64,000 nt of DNA. Source: Eubacteriales bacterium (lineage in GTDB: Bacteria > Bacillota > Clostridia > Oscillospirales > CAG-272). Shown in pieces: positions 27,767 to 36,801 of this stretch (the stretch's first letter is position 1; every line of letters starts with the position of its first letter). Position numbers and translations under genes: made by a program. The stretch is taken from positions 72,893 through 136,892 of the forward strand of contig JAZOVF010000030.1 in the NCBI GenBank assembly GCA_045658565.1, in the 5' to 3' direction. The notes below the pieces were generated by a model that was not told where the DNA came from, made no database searches, and saw nothing but the letters and a program-made list of their open reading frames with translations.

Positions 27767-30253
27767 ATGCCAAAGAGTCAATACGTAGACCCCGGTAAAG
27801 CCTTTGACGCTGGTTTTATCCATTTTGAGGATATTCCTGTTTGCCAGTACAACAAGACTCTTACTGAAGAAAAGAAAATTTATACCAAGGACGACTTCCT
27901 TCGTATCTACCGTGACATGGCCATCATCCGCGAGTTTGAGACCATGCTTAACGATGTAAAAACCAAGTCCCAATACAACGGAGTAGAGTACAACAACCCC
28001 GGTCCTGCTCACCTTTCTATCGGTCAGGAGGCTTCGGCTGTTGGTGAGGCATACTGCCTTGATATCAACGACTTCTCCTTCGGCTCTCACAGAAGCCACG
28101 GCGAAATCCTTGCTAAGGGACTTTCCTCTATTTACAAGCTTACCGACGAAGAGGTTTATGATGTAATGAAGGAGTTCCTCGGCGGTGCAGTTCTTTCTGT
28201 TGTCGAAAAGCACATGAACGCAGGCGGCAATGTTAAGGAGCTTGCTATAAACTTCCTTCTTTACGGCGCACTTGCTGAGATATTCGCTCGTAAGACAGGC
28301 TTTAACCGCGGTCTTGGCGGATCAATGCACGCATTCTTCATTCCTTTCGGACTTATGCCCAACAATGCAATAGTTGGTGCATCTGCTCCTATCGCACTTG
28401 GTGCGGCTCTTTACAAGAGATCTAACAACAAGCCCGGTATCATTATCTCCAACTGCGGAGACGGTGCTACAGGACGCGGACCCGTTCTCGAGTCCTTTAA
28501 CTTCGCTTCTATGGACCAGATCACAAAGCTCTGGGGCATGGACGGCAAGTACTCTGACGGTGGTCTTCCTATCCTCTTCAACGTATTCAACAACCATTAC
28601 GGTATGGGCGGTCAGACCCGCGGTGAGACCATGGGCTTTGATATGGTTGCTCGCCTCGGCGCAGGCTTCAACCCCGACCAGATGCACGCAGAGCGTGTTA
28701 ATGGTTACGATCCTCTCGCAGTTATTGATGCTGTAAGCCGTAAGAAGGAGCTTCTCCTTGCAGGTAAGGGTCCCGCGCTTCTCGACGTTGTTACCTACCG
28801 TGTATCCGGTCACTCTCCCTCTGACTCCTCTACATACAGAACACCCGAGGAGATCGAGGCTTGGAAGGCAGCAGATCCTATCCTCGCATTCAAGAACAAG
28901 CTCGTCAAAGGCAAGATCGCAACCGAAAACGAGATTGCAAAGATGCACGAGGATATCACAGCGCGCATGACCGAGGTTATGAAGCTGGCTATCAATGATG
29001 ACATTTCTCCCAGAATGGACCTTAACAAAGAGCCTGATGCAATTTCTTCAATCATGTTCTCTAACCAGAAGGTTGTTTCTATGGAGCCTGAGCGCAAGGC
29101 TGAAATGCTTATGCCCAAGGAGGAGTGCCCCAGAGTTAAGGAAATCAAGGGTAAGATCCGTACCGCAACCGATGCAAACGGCAAGCCTGTTTCCAAGATG
29201 AAGATGTACAACGTTACTGATGCACTCTTCGAGCCGATTATCGACAAATTCTATGATGACCCCACTCTTATTGCTTACGGTGAAGATAACCGTGACTGGG
29301 GCGGAGCATTCGGTGTTTATAAGAAGATGACCGAGGCTGTTCCTTATCACAGATTCTTCAACTCTCCCATATCCGAGTCTGCTATAGTTGGCTCTGCAGT
29401 AGGTTACGCAATGTGCGGCGGCCGTGCAATTGTTGAGCTTATGTACGCTGACTTCATCGGATGTGCAGGCGACGAGATCTTCAACCAGATGGCCAAGTGG
29501 CAGGCAATGTCTGCCGGCATTCTTAAGATGCCTATCACTCTTCGTGTTTCTGTAGGTTCTAAGTACGGCGCGCAGCACTCTCAGGACTGGACAGCACTTT
29601 GTTCTCACATTCCCGGTCTTAAGGTTGTGTTCCCGGCAACTCCTACAGATGCAAAGGGACTTATGACCTCCGCTCTTGACGGAACAGACCCTGTTGTATT
29701 CTTCGAGAGCCAGAGAATTTACGGCTTCGGCGAGCAATTTGAAAAGAACGGTGTTCCCGAGGGTCACTTTGAAATACCCTTCGGTGAGCCTGACATCAAG
29801 AAAGAGGGTAAGGACGTTACTATTCTTACCATCGGCGCAGTTCTTTACAGAGCTATTGAGGCTGCAAAGATTCTTGAAGAGAAGTACGGTGTTTCCGCAG
29901 AGATAATTGACGCTCGTTCTATCGTACCCTTCAATTACGAGAAGGTTATTGAGTCTGTTAAGAAGACAGGTAAGATTATCCTTGTTGGTGATGCTTGTGA
30001 GCGTAACTCTGTAATGAGAGATATGGCTTCCAATATTACCGAGATGTGCTTCGATTATCTCGACGGTCCTGCAGTTGTTGTTGGTTCTCGTAACTGGATA
30101 ACTCCTGCTTTCGAGCTTGAAAAGTCCTTCTTCCCTCAGGCAGATTGGATTATCGACGCTCTCCACGAGAAGATCATGCCTCTTCCCGGACATGTTCCCA
30201 CAAACAACTTTACCGATATTGAAAAGATAGAGAGAGCTAAGCTCGGTCTTTAA
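27767..30253 (+). CDS. fused E1 alpha-beta component of a 2-oxoacid/acetoin dehydrogenase complex
   Basis: The N-terminal half has an E1-alpha TPP motif (GDGATGRGP...NNHYGMG). The C-terminal half has an E1-beta/transketolase-like pattern (GEDNRDWGGAFG...FNSPISESAIVG). It is a single 828-aa ORF. Confidence 0.85.
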   Translation: MPKSQYVDPGKAFDAGFIHFEDIPVCQYNKTLTEEKKIYTKDDFLRIYRDMAIIREFETMLNDVKTKSQYNGVEYNNPGPAHLSIGQEASAVGEAYCLDINDFSFGSHRSHGEILAKGLSSIYKLTDEEVYDVMKEFLGGAVLSVVEKHMNAGGNVKELAINFLLYGALAEIFARKTGFNRGLGGSMHAFFIPFGLMPNNAIVGASAPIALGAALYKRSNNKPGIIISNCGDGATGRGPVLESFNFASMDQITKLWGMDGKYSDGGLPILFNVFNNHYGMGGQTRGETMGFDMVARLGAGFNPDQMHAERVNGYDPLAVIDAVSRKKELLLAGKGPALLDVVTYRVSGHSPSDSSTYRTPEEIEAWKAADPILAFKNKLVKGKIATENEIAKMHEDITARMTEVMKLAINDDISPRMDLNKEPDAISSIMFSNQKVVSMEPERKAEMLMPKEECPRVKEIKGKIRTATDANGKPVSKMKMYNVTDALFEPIIDKFYDDPTLIAYGEDNRDWGGAFGVYKKMTEAVPYHRFFNSPISESAIVGSAVGYAMCGGRAIVELMYADFIGCAGDEIFNQMAKWQAMSAGILKMPITLRVSVGSKYGAQHSQDWTALCSHIPGLKVVFPATPTDAKGLMTSALDGTDPVVFFESQRIYGFGEQFEKNGVPEGHFEIPFGEPDIKKEGKDVTILTIGAVLYRAIEAAKILEEKYGVSAEIIDARSIVPFNYEKVIESVKKTGKIILVGDACERNSVMRDMASNITEMCFDYLDGPAVVVGSRNWITPAFELEKSFFPQADWIIDALHEKIMPLPGHVPTNNFTDIEKIERAKLGL

Positions 30254-30267
30254 TTTATATTAAAACT

Positions 30268-30301
30268 AATGGCACATCGGGCTTTTACCCGATGTGCCAT
30301 T
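30268..30301 (+). terminator. 14-bp perfect hairpin between E1 and lplA (attenuator or processing site; no T-run)
   Basis: AATGGCACATCGGG-CTTTTA-CCCGATGTGCCATT. Confidence 0.45.
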
Positions 30302-30318
30302 ATAGGAATGAAGGATTT

Positions 30319-31290
30319 ATGAAATTCTTAATTTTGCAAACAAAAAGTCCGTATATAAATCTTGCAATAGAGGAATATCTTTTTGAAAAAACACAAGATG
30401 ACGTATTTATTCTATGGCAGAACGAGCATACTGTTGTTATAGGAAAAAATCAAAACGTAAATTGCGAAATAGATTTTGATTTTGTTAGAGAAAAAAACAT
30501 TCATATCGCAAGACGAATTACAGGCGGCGGTGCAGTCTACCACGACCTGGGAAATGTGAATTATAGCTTTATTTCATCGACGGGTAAAGAGGGAATAGAC
30601 TTTGCCTATTTCACAAAGCCGATAATCGAGGCTCTCAAATCTCTCGGTGTTGATGCAAGACTAACAGGCAGAAACGATATCGAGGTAGAGGGGAAGAAGA
30701 TATCCGGAAATGCCCAGTATTCCAGAAACGGCAGAACTCTTCACCATGGAACACTGCTTTTTGATACCGATTTATCGGTTCTTTCATCAGCTCTTCGGGT
30801 TGATGAAGAAAAAATAAAATCAAAAGCAATAAAATCCACTCGCTCAAGAGTTACAAACCTTAAGTCTCTTATTCCTATAAAAACTGTAGATGAATTTATT
30901 GAATATATCTCTGATTTTGTTATAAAAAAATACTCGCCACAAGTCATAGATGCGCCAAAAAATATTTATATCGATGAATTGGAGAAGAGAAACAAGTCTG
31001 AAGATTGGCTATTTCCCAAAAGCTCCTATCTGTCGGGATACACAGTGCGCAGAAAGAAAAAATACGACTTCGGAATTATTGATATAGAGCTTTCTATGAA
31101 CGGTGATATAATTTCCGATATAAAAATCTACGGTGATTTCTTTGGAATTAAAGATATAGTTGAGCTTTGCGAAATTATAAAAGGCAACAATATAGGTTTA
31201 ATTGATAAAAAACTGGAAAACACAAATCTTTCCGATTATATTCTCGGAATGACTTCCGATGAGCTTTCGGAGCTGATAAAAAGAGGATGA
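30319..31290 (+). CDS. lplA: lipoate-protein ligase A
   Basis: LplA pattern (RRITGGGAVYHDLGN, KISGNAQ). The start is moved to MKFLILQ. Confidence 0.85.
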   Translation: MKFLILQTKSPYINLAIEEYLFEKTQDDVFILWQNEHTVVIGKNQNVNCEIDFDFVREKNIHIARRITGGGAVYHDLGNVNYSFISSTGKEGIDFAYFTKPIIEALKSLGVDARLTGRNDIEVEGKKISGNAQYSRNGRTLHHGTLLFDTDLSVLSSALRVDEEKIKSKAIKSTRSRVTNLKSLIPIKTVDEFIEYISDFVIKKYSPQVIDAPKNIYIDELEKRNKSEDWLFPKSSYLSGYTVRRKKKYDFGIIDIELSMNGDIISDIKIYGDFFGIKDIVELCEIIKGNNIGLIDKKLENTNLSDYILGMTSDELSELIKRG

Positions 31291-31352
31291 AAATTCATTC
31301 TCTTTTTTGCTTGTTTAGTTATTTTTTAAAAAGGCTTTACTATACAAACAAT

Positions 31353-31385
31353 AAAAAAATGCAACTCACTTGAGTTGCATTTTTC
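31353..31385. terminator. bidirectional terminator (lplA / rplA)
   Basis: AAAAAAATGCAACTCACTTGAGTTGCATTTTT. Confidence 0.7.
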
Positions 31386-31397
31386 GTTAATATTAAA

Positions 31398-32093
31398 TTA
31401 ACCGAGCTTAGCGTAGTTGATTTTAACGCCGGGGCCCATAGTAGTTGCGATTACGCAGCTCTTAATGTACTGACCCTTAGCAGCAGCGGGCTTAGCCTTG
31501 ATAACAGCGCCAACGAGAGTGTTGAAGTTCTCGGTGAGCTTCTCAGGACCAAAGGATGCCTTACCGATGGGGCAGTGGATGATGTTGGTCTTGTCAAGAC
31601 GGTACTCGATCTTACCTGCCTTAGCTTCCTGAACAGCCTTAGCAACGTCGGGAGTTACAGTACCTGCCTTGGGGTTGGGCATAAGTCCCTTAGGACCAAG
31701 CACCTTACCAAGTCTACCGATAACACCCATCATATCGGGAGATGCGATTACAACGTCAAAGTCGAACCAGTTCTCGGTTGTGATCTTCTGTACCATATCC
31801 TCAGCGCCAACATAGTCAGCACCTGCTGCGAGAGCAGCCTCAGCCTTGTCGCCACGAGCGAAAACAAGGGTTCTAACAGTTTTACCTGTACCGTTGGGGA
31901 GAACGATAGCGCCTCTAACCTGCTGGTCAGCGTGACGGGAGTCAACACCCAAGCGAATGTGAATCTCAACAGTCTCGTCAAACTTTGCCTTAGCAGTCTG
32001 GCATACAAGGCTTACAGCCTCGTCAACATCATAAAGCTTTGCTTTATCAACAAGCTCAGCACTTGCATTATACTTTTTACCGAATTTAGCCAT
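31398..32093 (-). CDS. rplA: 50S ribosomal protein L1
   Basis: Full-length L1 sequence pattern, downstream of rplK. Confidence 0.97.
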   Translation of the reverse strand: MAKFGKKYNASAELVDKAKLYDVDEAVSLVCQTAKAKFDETVEIHIRLGVDSRHADQQVRGAIVLPNGTGKTVRTLVFARGDKAEAALAAGADYVGAEDMVQKITTENWFDFDVVIASPDMMGVIGRLGKVLGPKGLMPNPKAGTVTPDVAKAVQEAKAGKIEYRLDKTNIIHCPIGKASFGPEKLTENFNTLVGAVIKAKPAAAKGQYIKSCVIATTMGPGVKINYAKLG

Positions 32094-32108
32094 CTGTCTG
32101 TCCTCCTA

Positions 32109-32534
32109 TCACTCTTCAACAGTAACGCCCATAGAACGAGCGGTACCAGCCACCATGCTCATAGCAGCCTCGATAGAAGCAGCATTGAGGTCGGGCATCT
32201 TTGTTTCTGCAATCTTGCGAACCTGATCCTTGGTAAGAGATGCAACCTTAGTCTTGTTAGGAACTGCGGAAGCGGTCTCAATGCCTGCAGCCTTCTTAAT
32301 AAGAACTGCTGCGGGGGGAGTCTTAGTGATGAATGTGAAGGAACGGTCTGCGTAAACGGTGATAATAACAGGGATAATAAGACCGATGTCGTTCTTAGTT
32401 CTCTCGTTGAACTCCTTAGTGAAGTTGGGGATAGATACACCGTACTGACCGAGAGCGGGACCTACAGGGGGCTGGGGAGTAGCCTTGCCGGCAGGAAGCT
32501 GCAGTTTAATGTAACCTTGAATTTTCTTAGCCAT
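32109..32534 (-). CDS. rplK: 50S ribosomal protein L11
   Basis: [30 protein letters not shown]... The ORF-track N-terminal extension is trimmed. Confidence 0.97.
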   Translation of the reverse strand: MAKKIQGYIKLQLPAGKATPQPPVGPALGQYGVSIPNFTKEFNERTKNDIGLIIPVIITVYADRSFTFITKTPPAAVLIKKAAGIETASAVPNKTKVASLTKDQVRKIAETKMPDLNAASIEAAMSMVAGTARSMGVTVEE

Positions 32535-32638
32535 AATTAAATAAACCTCCAAATGTGGTAATTTTGTCGGGAGAATTCAAAAATATTTTTCTCCCTCCCA
32601 CGCGTGCTTCAATATATGAAGCGATAAAAGCGGAAAAG

Positions 32639-33181
32639 TTAATCCGCCAGCGCAACATCCTTGGTTTCAACCATGATAGGAATGTCACGTCTTTCAGTAA
32701 CAGCAAGGATAGTAACAGACTTCTTATCGTCGCTGATTTCCTGAAGAGTACCCGAGTATCCCTCAAAGATACCCGAAACAACCTTAACCTTGTCACCGAT
32801 TTTGAACTTCATTTCGTCAGAGATAACCTCAACATTGAACATTTCAATCTCAGCATCGGTAAGAGGAGTAGGTTCTGACCCGGGACCTACAAAGCCCGTA
32901 ACGCCTGTAATGTTTCTTACAACGTGCCAGGACTCGTCGTTCATGGTCATTTTGATAAAGACATAGCTGGGGAAGAGCTTTGTTTCAACAACCTTTTCCT
33001 CACCCTTATCATTAACCTCAACAGTTTCCTCAACAGGAACCTTGATGTCATAGATAAGATGACCGAGGCCGCGGTTTTCAACAATCTTCTCAATGCTGTC
33101 CTTTACCTTGTTTTCATAGCCCGTGTATGTGTGAGCAACGTACCATCTGGGACCTTGGTTTTTTTCATTAATGTTACTCAT
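32639..33181 (-). CDS. nusG: transcription termination/antitermination factor NusG
   Basis: NGN domain (WYVAHTYTGYENKV) and a C-terminal KOW domain. secE-nusG-rplK context. Confidence 0.95.
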   Translation of the reverse strand: MSNINEKNQGPRWYVAHTYTGYENKVKDSIEKIVENRGLGHLIYDIKVPVEETVEVNDKGEEKVVETKLFPSYVFIKMTMNDESWHVVRNITGVTGFVGPGSEPTPLTDAEIEMFNVEVISDEMKFKIGDKVKVVSGIFEGYSGTLQEISDDKKSVTILAVTERRDIPIMVETKDVALAD

Positions 33182-33185
33182 TTTG

Positions 33186-33488
33186 TTATCCGATAAGGCC
33201 GGCTATAAAATTGATGAAGTAAGAAGAAGATACATCAATTATTGCGATAGCAAGGCCAACTGCAACAACAGTAGCAACTACGAGCTTGAAGCTCTTAAAA
33301 ACTTCGCTTCCGGAAAGCCAGGTAACCTTCTTCATCTCACCCTTAGTGTCCTTAAAGAACTTAAAGAGCTTTGAGAACATGCGAACAATGAAGTTGGGCT
33401 TCTTGGTCTTTGCCTTAGCTTTTTCTTTGTCTTCTACCTTCTTAACATTTACGTCATCGGTAGGAAGATTCTTGTTTTCTTCTGCCAT
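33186..33488 (-). CDS. secE: preprotein translocase subunit SecE
   Basis: Lys-rich N-terminus plus a single C-terminal TM helix, between rpmG and nusG. Confidence 0.8.
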   Translation of the reverse strand: MAEENKNLPTDDVNVKKVEDKEKAKAKTKKPNFIVRMFSKLFKFFKDTKGEMKKVTWLSGSEVFKSFKLVVATVVAVGLAIAIIDVSSSYFINFIAGLIG

Positions 33489-33506
33489 CTCGTTATCCTC
33501 TCGAAA

Positions 33507-33656
33507 TTATTTTGTCTCTTTGTGCAAAGTATGCTTGCGACAAAAACGGCAATACTTCTTCATTTCAAGTCTGTCGGGATCGTTTTTCTTGTTTTTCTTT
33601 GTGTCATAATTTCTTTGCTTGCAGTCAGAGCAGGCGAGTGTAATTTTGACTCTCAT
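33507..33656 (-). CDS. rpmG: 50S ribosomal protein L33
   Basis: [25 protein letters not shown]...[14 protein letters not shown]. The 49-aa form is used and the longer track ORF is rejected. Confidence 0.95.
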   Translation of the reverse strand: MRVKITLACSDCKQRNYDTKKNKKNDPDRLEMKKYCRFCRKHTLHKETK

Positions 33657-33778
33657 TATATCGGCACCTCCTAGTAGATTTCGGGCTTGGCCCGCTTTAA
33701 TACCTCCCTCAATGCTGTGGGCTGAGCGCAATGTCCCAAATTTGCGCAAAAAAAAGGCCCTCCAACAGAGGTATTGAC

Positions 33779-33807
33779 ATTATAACATATATTTTTTTGT
33801 TTGTCAA
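33779..33807 (-). promoter_or_regulatory. sigma-A promoter of the rpmG-secE-nusG-rplKA block
   Basis: On the minus strand: TTGACA, 17 nt, TATAAT. It leaves a leader of about 115 nt. Confidence 0.55.
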
Positions 33808-33912
33808 TAGTTTTTACAAATTTTTCTATAATATATAATATATTGTAGTAATTTGTTGACTTTTACTTGTCTTTGTAGTAGAATATTATAAAATGATTTT
33901 AGAGGTTTGAAT

Positions 33913-34863
33913 ATGAAAATAGTAATACTTGACAGAGCATCGCTCGGTGCTGATACACCTGTTGACAGGCTCTCCGATTTAGGCGAGGTTGTGATATATA
34001 ATAACTCAACTCCTAAAGAGGTGCCTGAAAGAGTCTCCGATGCCGATGTCATTGTACTGAATAAAATTAAAATTACAAGAGAGGTTATGGATAGCGCAAA
34101 GGCTTTAAAGCTTGTTTGCGTTTTTGCCACAGGCTTTGATAACATTGATATTGCCAGTGCAAAAGAGCGCGGAATTGCTGTTTGTAATGTACCCGGGTAC
34201 TCCTCCGACAGCGTTGCGCTTTTCACCGCAGCAAAGGTTACAGCTCTTTTAACACACCTTTTTGAATACAGAAGATTTGTAACAAGCGGAGAATATACAG
34301 CCTCGGGAGTTCCAAACAGACTGATACCCGTTTATCATGAGCTTGCAGGAAAAACCTGGGGAATTATAGGCTATGGCGGAATAGGCAAGGCGGTGGCAAA
34401 AATTGCAAAAGGCTTTGGCGCGAATGTTCTGGTAAACAAAAGAACACCCCTAGACATTGCAGAATGTGTTGATATTGATACTTTGTGCAAAAAGAGTGAT
34501 ATAATTACGCTCCACTGTCCTTTAAACGACGGCACACGCGGACTTATCTGCAAAGAAAAAATCAATTTAATGAAGAAAGACGTTATTATTGTTAACGAGG
34601 CAAGAGGAGCTGTTGTTAACGAGGAAGATATCAGAGATGCTATTCTTGAAGGCAGAATAGGCGGCTACGGCTGCGACGTATATTCATCAGAGCCGTTCTC
34701 CGAAAACCACCCCTATAACGATATAATGAAGCTGGATAACGTAATACTCACCCCTCATGCTGCCTGGGGTGCATACGAAGCAAGAGAGCGTTGCCTCAGT
34801 ATCATTATGAATAATATAAAATCCTTCTTCAACGGAGAATTCTTAAATCGAGTAGATAAATAA
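33913..34863 (+). CDS. D-isomer-specific 2-hydroxyacid dehydrogenase
   Basis: NAD motif GIIGYGGIGKAV and catalytic region pattern (ARG...TPH). ATG at 33913 behind an AGAGG RBS. Confidence 0.85.
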   Translation: MKIVILDRASLGADTPVDRLSDLGEVVIYNNSTPKEVPERVSDADVIVLNKIKITREVMDSAKALKLVCVFATGFDNIDIASAKERGIAVCNVPGYSSDSVALFTAAKVTALLTHLFEYRRFVTSGEYTASGVPNRLIPVYHELAGKTWGIIGYGGIGKAVAKIAKGFGANVLVNKRTPLDIAECVDIDTLCKKSDIITLHCPLNDGTRGLICKEKINLMKKDVIIVNEARGAVVNEEDIRDAILEGRIGGYGCDVYSSEPFSENHPYNDIMKLDNVILTPHAAWGAYEARERCLSIIMNNIKSFFNGEFLNRVDK

Positions 34864-34910
34864 GGGCAGAAGTTAAAACGGATAGAGCAAAAGAACTCTA
34901 TCCGTTATTT

Positions 34911-36083
34911 TTATTCTCTATCAACAGTAATTACGCAGAAATGATTTGGCTTCTTTTCGGAAACATGAGATTCAATCCTCGAAATAAGCTCTTTTTCTGT
35001 AACAGGAGCATCAAAGGGAAGAACAACATCAAAAATAAGATTTGTATGTGTGTTTCCGATAACAACCCTGAAGTCGTGGATGTGATAGTTAAATTCAAGC
35101 TCAGCCATAACCTCGTTGATAAAATCTTTTAGTCTTGTAACATCCTCGTCATCTGTTACAATAGGGTCAAGGTGAATTGTGCAGGCTATGCCAAGTTTCT
35201 CTTTTATTTCACGCTCTGCGTTATCTATCATATCGTGGAGCATATAAATATCCTTTGCTCCGTCAACCTCCGCGTGGAAAGAAGCTATAAATCTTCCGGG
35301 ACCGTAATTATGAACAAGCAGGTCATGCATACCAATAATATCGGGGTAGCTCTCAACAACAGTTTTTATATCATCAACAATTTCCTGAACAGGCGCTTCG
35401 CCAAGAAGTGCATTTTTTGTCTCATTAAGTATTTTAATACCTGCGATAATAATTATTACAGAAACACCTATACCAACAATTGCATCAAGAATTACAAGTC
35501 CTGTAAGCTTTATTACAACTGATGAAACCAGAACCGCACCGGTCGAAATTGAATCTGTAAGCGAATCTGTCGAGGTTGCCATTATAATTTTCGAGTCTAT
35601 CTTTTTGCCGATTCCTCTGTAAAAAATACCAAGCCATAGCTTTAGCGCAATTGAAATTGAAAGAATAACAAAGGTCAACTCGTTGATAACTGTCTTTTCG
35701 CCCTCGGAAATCCCAAGAACAATTTCAAGCGAGCCTACAAAAAGCTCAAAGCCTACAAGCAGTATAAGGAATGAAACAATCATTGAGGCGATATACTCAA
35801 ACCTCGCGTGTCCAAAAGGGTGCTCCTTGTCTGCCGGCTTTGCAGAGAGCTTAAAGCTGATAAGAGTGATAAGGGAAGAGCCTGCATCCGATAAATTATT
35901 AAACGCATCGGCGATTATCGCCACAGACGAGGCCAAAAATCCAGCCAGGAGCTTTATCAGCGCAAGGATAATATTGGTAACGATTCCAACACCGCTTGAC
36001 ATTGTTCCATAGCTTTTTCTTACGTCGGGATTTTTATAATCCTTGTGATTTTTAACAAATATTTTCGATATAATTTCTGTCAT
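34911..36083 (-). CDS. cation diffusion facilitator family transporter
   Basis: Six TM helices plus a cytoplasmic C-terminal domain. CDF-like signature around IIADAFNNLSD. Confidence 0.85.
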   Translation of the reverse strand: MTEIISKIFVKNHKDYKNPDVRKSYGTMSSGVGIVTNIILALIKLLAGFLASSVAIIADAFNNLSDAGSSLITLISFKLSAKPADKEHPFGHARFEYIASMIVSFLILLVGFELFVGSLEIVLGISEGEKTVINELTFVILSISIALKLWLGIFYRGIGKKIDSKIIMATSTDSLTDSISTGAVLVSSVVIKLTGLVILDAIVGIGVSVIIIIAGIKILNETKNALLGEAPVQEIVDDIKTVVESYPDIIGMHDLLVHNYGPGRFIASFHAEVDGAKDIYMLHDMIDNAEREIKEKLGIACTIHLDPIVTDDEDVTRLKDFINEVMAELEFNYHIHDFRVVIGNTHTNLIFDVVLPFDAPVTEKELISRIESHVSEKKPNHFCVITVDRE

Positions 36084-36167
36084 TTTTTCTGCCTATATAG
36101 TATTTACTTTCTTAAAAATATATGATAAAATATATGTATATATTATTCTTTCGGGAGATTTTGTGAT

Positions 36168-36506
36168 TTGAATTATAAGGTTATTGAAATCGAAAGCCTG
36201 ACCGCTGATGATGCTGCGGTAGAAATGCGATTTGCTATTGCCGGTGCCAGGGCAGACGGAGCAGAGCTTTTACGCTTTGATATTCCTTTCGGAAATGATG
36301 AAAAGGAGTATAAAAAGCTTTTTAATTCACTTGTTCGTTTGTTAAAGGGAATGAAGGAAGAGCGACTTATTCAGTTTTATGCAACAGAGAAGAGCTTTTC
36401 CGACAAGTCAACAGAGGCGGCATTTCTTTTAAATAAATACCCAAGTGTATTTATCTGCGACTTAACCGATAACAGGGCAGCAGGATTTATATATATTAAA
36501 ATTTAG
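36168..36506 (+). CDS. hypothetical protein (TTG start)
   Basis: A 112-aa ORF with no confident motif. Confidence 0.4.
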   Translation: MNYKVIEIESLTADDAAVEMRFAIAGARADGAELLRFDIPFGNDEKEYKKLFNSLVRLLKGMKEERLIQFYATEKSFSDKSTEAAFLLNKYPSVFICDLTDNRAAGFIYIKI

Positions 36507-36576
36507 CATAACTAAGATAAAGGTTGCTTCTGTGAATAATCAAAAGCAACCTTTTCTTTAACACAATATATACAGA

Positions 36577-36801
36577 TTAAACCTTGGACTCAAGGTATTT
36601 AACAACATCGCCTACGGTAACAAAATTACGCAGATCATCGTCATCAATTTCAACACCAAACTTTTCTTCACAAGCATATACAAGATCAGCAAGCTCAAGA
36701 GAATTGATGCCAAGATCACCGGTAAGCTCTGCTTCCATAGTGACAGAATCAGCATTAACACCCAGTTCTTCAACCATAAACTTCTTTAAAGTTTCGAACA
36801 T
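36577..36801 (-). CDS. acyl carrier protein (stand-alone)
   Basis: 74 aa with the phosphopantetheine attachment context LGINSLELADLV. Confidence 0.8.
   Translation of the reverse strand: MFETLKKFMVEELGVNADSVTMEAELTGDLGINSLELADLVYACEEKFGVEIDDDDLRNFVTVGDVVKYLESKV

Noticed and set aside
32535-32638. A GGGAGAA...TTCTCCC hairpin in the nusG-rplK spacer as an L1-binding autoregulatory leader.
   Set aside because: It is plausible from context, because L1 regulates rplKA in other bacteria. However, I could not match the 23S-mimic consensus by eye, so I left it unreported as a feature.
33507-33749. An 80-aa version of the L33 ORF with an N-terminal extension.
   Set aside because: L33 is about 49 aa. 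The internal ATG at 33656 gives the canonical MRVKITLAC... start with an AGGAGG RBS. The extension lies in the leader.
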